This document shows positions 22,135 through 31,994 of a DNA stretch of 34,048 bases, one piece after another. The notes beneath the pieces are model-generated. The model did not search any database and was not told where the DNA came from. It worked only from the letters and a program-made list of their open reading frames with translations. The stretch comes from Blastocystis sp. subtype 4. Its lineage: Eukaryota. Every line of letters begins with the position of its first letter. The stretch's first letter is position 1. The stretch lies in the NCBI RefSeq assembly GCF_000743755.1, contig NW_014569455.1:1-34048 (forward strand), read 5' to 3'. The position numbers and the translations under genes were made by a program.

Positions 22135-23447
22135 ATGAATACAAAGTTCCTTTTGATTGCGGCCTTGATTTCTGTGGTCGTGGCTGACAAGTTTGCCATC
22201 GTTTTCCAGGGAGATACTGGTTATGGCAACTACTCGGATTCCAGCAATACCTGCCGTGCCTATAATGTAGGGACCTTGGAGTTGCTATTACGTAGGATAT
22301 TATTGCTTCTGGCATTCCTCCTGAAAACGTAATCTACATGGCCAATGAGAAGATCCATACCTATTCTGACAATCCTTGGCCTGGCAAATTGTTCACTCTT
22401 CCCGATCCTGAGGGTCCTGGCTGGGATCATGCTGCTGATTGTAAGGATCACTATGACTACACCTCTGAGCATATTACTCCTGAAATTGTGCTTGCTATTA
22501 TCACCCAGAATGAAGAGGAGCTGAAGAAGCTTACTGGTCTTCCCAATCCCAAGGTTTTCCACACTACTGAGGAGGATACCATCTTCATTTACTACAGTGA
22601 CCATGGTTACGAAGGAGGTGTTGGTTGCGGTTCCACTGTGATGACCACTGCTCAAATCCAGGGTGCTTTGAAGACTCTGCATACAAATAAGGGTTACAGC
22701 AAGCTTGCTTTCTTCCTGGAGGCTTGTGAGTCTGGCTCTGTGTTCGATACTCTTCCTAGCGATCTTAACATCTACGCTTTCACTTCTGCTAATGCTACTG
22801 AGCCTGCTTGGTGTGAGCATTGCCCTCCTGATGATGTTGTGAATGGCAAGTCAATGGATGTGTGCATGTCTATGTACTACGATAACGAGTATCAGCGTCT
22901 TTGGGAAGCTGAGTCCACCACTATCACTTTGGGAGAGCTGTTCCAGAGAACTCATGATCATGTTGCCCAGTACAAGGATCAGGAGGTGTCTGAGTGGGGT
23001 GATTTGACGATGAGAGATCTTCCTATGACAACTTTCATTGGTGATAAGCCCATCAAGACTCGCTACAGCACTCCTTCTACTGCAAGTTCTGTGGCTATTG
23101 AGAAGAGTGAGGAACCTCTTCATCTTGCAAAGTGGGCTGCTATTCGTGCTGACAGCAATGCTAATGGCGCCATGGAGAAGCTGCGTGATATTGTCTATGA
23201 GAAGACGAAGCGTGAAGTAGAAGTGATGCGTCTGGCTGCCTCGGTTTTGGGTGAGAAGGAGATGAGCAAGAAGCTGGAGGAGGATACTTATGTTTACAAG
23301 AGCACTTGCGCTTCTCAGATGTTCCAGGATCTGGTAGCACATTGCCATCACACCCTGCCTTTCCCTAAGTCCACTCGTAATTTGGTCCATGCCATTTGCG
23401 CTGAGGGAAATGTTCCTGAAGTGAACTGGGATGTTGTTTGCATGTAA
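22135..23447 (+). CDS. Secreted peptidase family C13 (legumain-like)
   Basis: Signal peptide MNTKFLLIAALISVVVA; one intron (22267-22295); catalytic YSDHG and LEACESGS; DNPWPG; C-terminal Cys-containing prodomain. Confidence 0.93.
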
Positions 23448-23573
23448 TGCAATCATTTTTGTTTGTTGAATACACATTATCGATTCTCAATGTTGACTAT
23501 TTAAGTTGAAGAATTCAAGCCTATTTCTGTCAACAAAAGAAAACGCATTTGCTCATCGTCCAGTAGATTTGAG

Positions 23574-25621
23574 ATGTCTTCAGGAAAGCCATTCAAGGAT
23601 TTTCTCCCTCCTCTTCTTCCTGAGATTCTTGATACGCTGCAGGAGATGAATTTCGCAACAGCAACTCCTGTTCAAGGTGCAGTTATTCCATATTTCCTAT
23701 CTCACAAGGATATTAACGCTAGTGCCTGCACAGGATCAGGAAAGACTCTTTCTTTTCTGATTCCCGTATTTCAGATCCTCGCGAAGTCCGAGAGTTGCAA
23801 CAAACCCGGAGAAATTGGAGGCATTATTATTTCGCCAACTCGTGAATTGGCCCATCAGACATTTACTGTTGCCCAACAATTTGAGCAACATCTTCCCCAA
23901 GTTCATGTCGTTCTTCTAACGGGAGGAAATGAGATTGCTGAAGACTTGGAACAGTTGCAGAGTGACAAAACTCTTCTTGTCATTGCGACTCCAGGAAGAC
24001 TGAAAGATGTGATTGATCGTCAAGGAGAGAAACTGGCAATTCGGAATTTGGAAGTATTGATTTTGGATGAAGCCGATGTTCTTCTTGTACTCTATGGAAG
24101 AAATCGATGATTTTTAGGATCTCGGTCATACACAGACGATTGGAGCCATTCTTGGAAGGCTTCCTAAACAGCGTCGTACAGGTCTGTTTAGTGCTACTGA
24201 AGCAGACGGTGTCACAGCTCTGTGTCGAGCTGGACTTCGGAACCAGATCAAGATCAAGATCGAAATCAAGAATAATGATAGGGTCCAAATGGTTCCAGCA
24301 TTGCTTAAGAACTACTATTTGACTCTTCCTAGTGATGCCAAATTTGGTTTTGTATGTTTGATAGGATATGTTGATATCTAGTTAGTTCGCTTCCTTCAAG
24401 CTCATCAGCAGCAAAAGATTATTATTTTCTACCTTACCTGTGCATCAGTTGATTATTTTGCGGCTGCTCTTCAGACTGTGGCTTGTCTGAAATCGCGTCG
24501 AATTTTGTCGTTGCATGGTCGAATGGTTCAAAAACGACGTACTCGAACAATGAACGAGTTCCGTCAACCCAATCGTATCAATGTTCCCAAACTCTCATCA
24601 TTAGCATCTGTGTTGATTTGTACGGATGTAGCAGCCCGTGGTATTGATGTTCCTGATATTGATTGGATTATTCAATACACTCCTCCTCAAGATCCAGCTT
24701 TCTTTGTTCATCGGGTTGGTCGAACAGCTCGTGCTGGGAAACACGGGGAATCGGTTCTTCTTGTCGAACCAAGTGAAAGTGCTTATATTCCTTTTACGAA
24801 GAAACGAGGTGTTCCATTGAGTGTTCTGAAGGAAGAGAGTTTACGATTGAATGAAGAAGAGGAAGCATGTGTGGAGAATGATATGTTGTCAGAACGAGTG
24901 AGAGAAGAATCGTTATCGTATCTCAAAGTTCTTCGTGAGACATGTTCAACGGATCGAGATTTCTATGAGAAGAGTGTCACTGCTTTTGTTGCTGATATTC
25001 GAGTTATTGTTTGTTTTGTTGGTGAAGAGTAGGCATATCGGAATCACGATTGTAATTTCATTTTGCGTTTTGAAGATCTTGATTTAGCTTCGTTAGCACG
25101 CTCTTTTGCTTTGGTTCGTTTGCCAAAGATGTCGGAGCTGAGATCTCGGAATGTTGATTATGAAGCTTTGCCAGTGGATGTGGCGAGCATTCCTTATCGT
25201 GATCCTGTGCGTGAGCAGGCACGCCAAGAGAGATTGAAGAAAGAGATGAAAGAAAGGGAGAAGAAGGCTGAAAACCAACAGAAGAGAGAAAGGAAGAGTG
25301 TAAAGCGAGATATGAAAGAAGAGGAAAAGAAAAAGAAAAAGGGCAAGCATGAGAAGATCATGGATGAATGGGATGAGTTACAGGAGGAGGAACGGTTATA
25401 TCGTCTTTTCAAGAAGAACAAATTGAGGTTGAAATGATGGGGGATTGTGAGGATATAGTGAAGAGGAATATGAGAAGCGTTTAATGTCATCAGGAGTGGG
25501 AGAAGAAGATAGCAGTGAAAAGGGGTTATTAGAAAAGGCTGCGAAAGACCATCAGATGATGCGAAATGCGAAGAAGAGTAAGAAATCCAAGAATACAAAG
25601 TCTCGAAACTTTGTTCATTAA
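23574..25621 (+). CDS. DDX55: DEAD-box RNA helicase DDX55/Spb4
   Basis: TGSGKT, PTRELA, TPGRL, LDEAD, PKQRRTGLFSAT, ARGID and HRVGRTARAG motifs; C-terminal extension FALVRLPKMSEL; TAA at 25619-25621. Confidence 0.93.
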
Positions 25622-25668
25622 TTTCCTTTAGTTATCTTTGTTGACAAGGTCATTCAAGTGTTTGTTGG

Positions 25669-26238
25669 ATGACACTCTCCTATGATCAGTTTGTAGAGTC
25701 CTGTGAGGTCTTTGTTCAGCAGTTGAATAATGGAAAACTGGTCAAAAGTATCCCCCAATGGAAAGTGATATCTCATGGTAAAGTATGAATACGATAGGTG
25801 AGTGAGGAAAAGAACAAGTTCCTAGAAGCGAAGCATCTGATGAACAACAGTGGAGTGCAAACAACGATTCTGTTAACAATTCTGTGCTTTAAAAGATCTC
25901 TTCATAATGTCTAGCTATCATCCAGTGTTTCAGTGTCCAGTTCTCTATCTTCTTTCACCCAATCAGTCTATTGAGACTGTAATTAGGATTATCGCACTCT
26001 CTTCATCCAATTTTAAAGTGTCATTAGAAGTAATGAATCGGTTTAGAGTTAATTCAAGTATCATCCCATTTATTCATCACCTTCCATCTCTATACACTGC
26101 TGTGATACCCACTCCATTCAGAGTAATCGACTTCCTTTTCAATACTACATGCTTTCATGGTGGAGTATATACTCTAGTGTTATTGCATTTCCGCCACAGC
26201 CAGAAGACATTCATACGATTGTGTGCCATCAACAATAG
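25669..26238 (+). CDS. ATG10: Autophagy E2-like enzyme ATG10
   Basis: Three ~30-nt introns give MTLSYDQF...ILYHPVFQCPVLY...EYHPIYSSPSISIHCCDT...YMLSWWSIY, matching the ATG10 motifs YQVPVLYF, EHP..P...HPC.T and YI.SWL. Confidence 0.8.
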
Positions 26239-26348
26239 TTAGTAAAAAGAGTATAGTATCAATGTTTGATCAAAAATGAATTCGATTATCTTTTCCATGT
26301 TGTTCCATGTAGTTTCTTCGTTTGCACCCTCATTCCTCTTTTCATCAA

Positions 26349-28011
26349 ATGTTATCCCGTCACCTTTTGGGTTCATCCAGGATCCTTGCTAAGTGTCTAG
26401 TTCCTCTAGCAAGTCAAATTCCGGTTTTGCGTGCCTCTGATGTATCATTGACTAGACCTGCAGTGTTCGTTTTTTCTCAAATGGGGTGTCCCAGAATCAA
26501 GAAACATCTCAGCACCTGAGCATTTTCAACCCAACGGAGGAACATGCGATGCTTCGCGATATGGTAATGGTTGTTGAATTACTCTAAAGTAAGGTGAAAG
26601 AATTTGTGGTGAACGAGGTTGAACCTCAAGCCATGGAGTACAATGAGAAGGAGATGTTCAATATGGAATTGTATAAGTAGGCTACATATAGAGAGCCTTG
26701 AATCCATAGGAAGGCGGGAGAGTTATGTCTGTTAGCACCAACTGTTCCTGAGAAATATGGCGGTGGCGGAATGGATGCTGTGATTCTTGTTAGTTTCTTT
26801 CATTTGCAGGTGGCTTCGGCAATCATTCACGAAGAGTTGTCAACCTCTGATCCTGCTTTTGGTCTAGCATATTTGGGTATCATCTCTTTTGGATATTTAC
26901 TGTAGCTCATTCTGTTCTCTGTGTGAACAATCTTAATGTCAACGGAAATGAAGAACAAAAGATGCGATTCCTTCCTCCTCTTTGTAGTGGAGAAAAGATT
27001 GGAGGAATTTGTATCTCTGAACCTGATGGAGGAACCGATGTAAGTTATTTGGGGTCCATTCCATCTAGGTAATGTCGATGAAGACAAATGCCGTGAAGAA
27101 AGGTCATCACTACATTCTAAATGGCCGGAAGATGTGGATTACCAATGGCAACATCAATGGAGGTAGAAGTGAATGCAGCAGATCAACGATAGAATTAGGA
27201 GATACATTCCTTGTTTATGCGCGAACTGAACACGGCATCAGCATGTTCATTGTATCGAAGGTGAGTATTTTTAAGAGCTGTGAATTTTAGGGAATGGAAG
27301 GTTTCTCTATGGGTCAGATGATTAAACACAAGCTAGGAATGCGGGCCTCAGGAACAGCAGAATTGGTATTTGATAATGTGGAGATTCCAGAGGAATGTTT
27401 AGTTGGAGTAGAAGGAAAAGCGATGCTGTGTATGGTAGAAGTTAGAGATTTGTATTGAAGTAGATGAGGAATCTCGAGATTGAGCGAGTAGCTCTCGCTG
27501 CTCAGAGTGTGGTAAGCAATGAATACGAGGAGTGAGATTCCAGGGTATTGCCAAACGATGTGTTCAAGTCATGAATGAGTATGGGAAGATCCGAATTGCA
27601 TTTAATCAGCCAATCAATCGTTTCGGTCAGGCAGGAATGGTTAGATGTGATTATCACTAGATCCAGAAGTACATTGCTGACTCCTACGCTGAGTATCAGG
27701 CAGGACGCAGTTACCTCTATAGTGTGTGTAATCAACTCGATTTGAACAATCCAGGTCATCGTGTGGAGACTGATGGAGTGAAACTGTTCTGTGGTCCCAT
27801 GGCAACTCGTATTGCGAATAACGCAATTCAGGTCTTAGGAGGATATGGATACGTGGGAGAAGGAGTAGTAGAGAGATTGTGGAGAGATGCCAAGTTGTTG
27901 GAGATTGGAGGTGGAACGGTACAGATGTAGCGGTGATGTGATGTATAGAATGAGGCACATGAGAAGAATATGACAAAGGATTTGGCGCGTGATGGGCTTC
28001 AATTGGACTAG
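26349..28011 (+). CDS. IVD: Isovaleryl-CoA dehydrogenase-like acyl-CoA dehydrogenase with mitochondrial presequence
   Basis: [51 protein letters not shown] and [12 protein letters not shown] motifs; N-terminus [15 protein letters not shown]...RFFS. Confidence 0.9.
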
Positions 28012-28390
28012 CGATGTTTGTTATACCAAGTACAGTAATTGAATGTATACTGGGTGTGATTGACCGATGTTTCAATTGTCCATTCGACTCATTGAGACGT
28101 ACCATAGTCATTACACTCCATGAAGTTCAGACTTATTACTCAAAATAGAACTACTTAGTGACTGTCATTAGTCATTCGTTATCCATTCGATAAGTTGGTC
28201 CAGAAAGACCTACATGACATAGAAGATGATACCTTAATTTGGTTGGTGAAACAAATACTAATACTCAATATCCTTGGATTCGATGGTGTTCCATAGAAGC
28301 AAATAGTGTTACTAAATTAATCTACCTTACATAAGAAAGAGAATTCAAGTTACAGATCTTGAAGATTCTCTCCTTCCCATAGTCACAATC

Positions 28391-28918
28391 ATGGAAAAGT
28401 ATCCTTATATTGAAGCCAGGAAAGGGAGAGAGAAACAGAAATATGATGGTGAGACCCGATTGGTCATTGGGTAGGATATGCGTGATGTTTTTAAACACAA
28501 GGTGTGTAGCGATTCGAGATCATTCCTTTCTACTAGTATCATCACATAATACAAAAGGTAAATGGGTATTACCAAAAGGAGGTTGGGAAGTTGATGAAAC
28601 CGCGGAGGAAGCAGCAAAAAGGGAAACATTTGAGGAAGCGGGAGTAGTGGTTGTGGGTTGGATTTAGACTAGGTGACAGGGACACTAGGTGAGTGTATCT
28701 CTCATGTACAATATACAAATAAACTAAATAAACCAGTGAAATGGGATTTATATGTCATGACAGATGTAAGAGAATATGATTGGTGGCCAGAAAGTGAGAA
28801 TCGAAGTCGGAAATGGGTTCAGGAGCAAGATCTAAAGGACATATCTCTTTCTTCATTAACAGAATCTCATATTACTAGTATTCTGAACTATATTCATTCT
28901 CATTTACTTGTGTATTAA
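28391..28918 (+). CDS. Nudix hydrolase, diphosphoinositol-polyphosphate phosphohydrolase (DIPP/Ddp1-like)
   Basis: ARKGREKQKY, the Nudix box PKGGWEVDETAEEAAKRETFEEAG, and WPESENRSRKW. The true end may be 28904 (poly(A)-made stop). Confidence 0.88.
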
Positions 28919-28928
28919 GAAACAATTA

Positions 28929-30131
28929 AATACCATTCTTCTTCATCATTTTGTCTCTAAAGTCCATTTCCATTTCCTTTCCTACCCGCTGCCAGAACTC
29001 ATCATCATTCTCTTCCATCTCAACTCGTTTCTCTTCTTTCTCAGCTTCTTCTGGATTGTTACGTTTCTGTTGTGCTGTCTACAAATAACATCCCACAACC
29101 ATCTCTTACAACTTCAATATGTGCTTCCAGAGAATCACTTTATGTCAAATCACTCCAATAAACGTACCCTTCATTTTCTGATACTGTTGCTACCAAATAT
29201 TCCAGAATCACTCCTTCTCGCTCATTCCCTGGTTTAACTCCCACTGTAAATTCAACCCGACTAAAATAACTACCATTTAGAACACCTCCTCCTTCTCCAA
29301 ACTGAAGTTGGGCCACTCTCAATTCAGCCATCGTCATAAACTGTAGTACTGCTTCTAACCCCTTCAACTCAGTGGATCGGATATCTATTACCGTTTTCAT
29401 GAATCGAAAAGATGTTGGAGAGAGTATGGAAATGTGATCCACATCAGAAGCAGCAAGATTGCTAACTGTCCGTATTTCTCCTATTCCATATAATCTCAAC
29501 AGCAACACTACCTTCAGTAGGTATATTCTCAAGACTCAAACTACTCTCAAACACTTTCACCACAATCTCTTCATTGGCTTCGAGATACTGAAGAGCCTTG
29601 TAGAGCAAGTCCGGACGAACATAGACGTGATTAGGAGACTTCTCGGGATTGAAACTAACGTTATTTAGCACAGCATCGGAATAGCGGATACGAAACACCT
29701 TTCTCACTTTCGGTTTGCATAGCAACTCAAAGACGAGATTAAATTCTATATCAACTTGTTCTGTCTTCAAATAAAGAACTCTCCCAAATCTTACTTTCAT
29801 CATCACATTTTCAATCTGCTTTATATCATTGAATATTGTTAACAGAGCTTTAGTACTAACTCCAAAATGAAATGTATTCCCACATCTATCTATCACTCCC
29901 TATCTTATTACACAAACTTATATAATCCCATTGCATCTTTCTGAATTGATAGTTTTAGGAATGACTGTAAAGCCATACCTGTTACTTGAAAACTGAGTTC
30001 TGTAGGAGTGCACAACAATACAACTTCACTATTCAACTATCATTAAGACAAAAACAGAAGATCACTTTTGAAAAGCATTGAAATGCTCCCGAAAGCAAAG
30101 GAATCATGGCTCCCTGAAATAGACATTCCAT
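28929..30131 (-). CDS. RAD9: 9-1-1 checkpoint clamp subunit RAD9; stop predicted to be completed by polyadenylation
   Basis: MECLFQGAMIPLLSGAFQCFSK, LVFELLCKPKVRKVFRIRY and LEYLVATVSE align with Rad9 (MKCLVTG..., LVVQLHCKFGVRKTH, HFVLATLS); short acidic tail. Confidence 0.8.
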
Positions 30132-30461
30132 TTCCGAATGAAATCTATATTAGATTGAGAAGATAAGGAATTGTGGTTTTGGAGGCAACAAAAAGAGTAA
30201 CAGATTCGAATAAAATGTGGCCCGTTTCGTTCATTGTCAAAGACATTCAGAATACTCCTTCAGTATTTGCTAGATGATGGATAATCACATATCATTCATA
30301 CAATAGTTGTATAGTACTTCAATTGAAGAGGAGAATCGAATTGATTGACTGTATTCGCCACCATTTCATGATAAGTGAAATGTCGTAGCACCGAAGAGGA
30401 TACCTTATTGGGATTCGATTGGCCTTTGCCTTTCCGATCCCTCATTCTTTTTTATTCACGA

Positions 30462-31372
30462 ATGCGTCTTGTTATCAAGGAGAATTACGACCTGCTCTGC
30501 GAGTATGTCGCCAACTATGTTATTGACAGAATCAACAAGTTCAATCCAACTCCGGAGAAGCCTTTTGTTCTTGGTAGGGTTCATTTCCTTTTTGTAACAG
30601 GAAGGACTCCCTACTGGCTCTTCTCCTATTGGTGTGTACAAGAAGCTGGTTGAAGCCTACAAGGAAGGTCGCATCTCCTTCAAGAACGTTGTAACCTTTA
30701 ACATGGATGAGTATGTGAATCTCCCCGTGGAACACCCTGAGAGCTATCATAGCTTCATGTACAAGAATCTCTTCCAACATATTGATATTGTGTATGAAAT
30801 TGTGGGAGAAAGTCATATCTAGACCTCAGAATATTCATATTCTGAATGGAAACGCTCCTGATCTGATGGTTGAGTGTGCCAATTATGAGGCTGAAATCAA
30901 GAGATATGGTGGTATTGAGCTGTTTTTGGGAGGTATTGGACCTGATGGACACATCGCTTTCAATGAGCCCGGATCCTCCCTCTCTTCTCGTACTCGTGTG
31001 AAGACTCTTGTAGAATAAATATGAGCATGTGATTTATAGGCCTATGATACTATTTTGGCAAATAGCCGTTTCTTCGATTATGATGTCAATAAGGTTCCTA
31101 AGACTGCTTTGACAGTGGGTGTAGGCACGATTCTGGACGCTCGTGAGGTTGTGATTATCATCAATGGCTCTCATAAGGCATTTGCTCTTGCTAAGTGTGT
31201 GGAAGAGGGTGTGAATCATATGTGGACTGTATCTGCCCTTCAGATGCACAAGAATGCGATGATTGTGTGTGATGATGATGCTACTCTTGAACTGCGTGTT
31301 AAGACCGTAAAGTACTTCAAGGGTTTGGAGGAGACAGCGAAGGCTTTTGGACCTGCGAAGCTGACCAACTAA
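30462..31372 (+). CDS. nagB: Glucosamine-6-phosphate deaminase
   Basis: [41 protein letters not shown] and [16 protein letters not shown] motifs; three introns; TAA at 31370-31372. Confidence 0.96.
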
Positions 31373-31385
31373 TCTTCTCTGTATC

Positions 31386-31411
31386 TGTTTGTTTGGAAGT
31401 GAAAACAAACA
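31386..31411. terminator. Back-to-back TGTTTGTT elements of nagB and the Pro/Gln-rich gene
   Basis: TGTTTGTT at 31386-31393 (+) and AACAAACA at 31404-31411. Confidence 0.8.
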
Positions 31412-31415
31412 CAGA

Positions 31416-31994
31416 ACTGTACTTGAGAAATGAGAGTCCGAAGTTTGTCTTTGATTAAATTCAATTCTCTTCATCCTACCAATGTCCTTATGCATCTGGT
31501 CGACAATAGGGGTAATGGCCTCATCATCCTACACAATCAACCATACCTTAAATATAAACGTAGTATGCATTATAACTCTCTTTCGTTTGACTATTAGGAT
31601 ACAAATAGATATTATTCAACGTTACTTGGGCATTCTACACATTACTTCCAGGTCAGAGGATAACCTTCGTAGGTTTGTGAGATGAACGATTCGGAATCCT
31701 ATCAGTTAAAGACTCTCTGAAGATGTACTTTTCACTTATGACTTCTGCCGGGGGTGTTGGATTCAATCCAGGATTCACAGGTAGTTGACCCACTGAATAG
31801 GATTGTTGTTGAGAAACAGGCATCTGAGCTGGTATGGGTCGTTGAGGTAATGAAGGCATTCCGTTGTACGCTGGTTGCATAGGTTGAGGATACTGTGGCA
31901 TTCCATTGTAACCTTGCGGAAGACTATAGTGAGCAGGTTGTGGAGGCATAGGTCTCGGGCCTCCGAAACCTTGTGGATTTGTATATGGATACAT
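31416..31994 (-). CDS. Pro/Gln-rich protein of unknown function; stop predicted to be completed by polyadenylation
   Basis: ORF MYPYTNPQGFGGPRPMPPQP... continues through three 30-31-nt introns to ...KDIDKLRTLISQVQ T, 4 nt before TGTTTGTT. Confidence 0.7.

Noticed and set aside
22260..23477. Long antisense ORFs opposite the C13 peptidase
   Set aside because: Expected by-product of biased codon usage; no motifs.
28399..28438. GTATCCTTA resembling a U12 donor at the start of the Nudix gene
   Set aside because: No branch sequence follows, and splicing would delete the conserved ARKGREKQ motif.
31034..31415. Minus-strand ORF antisense to nagB
   Set aside because: Unprocessed run-on of the orphan gene frame beyond its last intron and poly(A) site.
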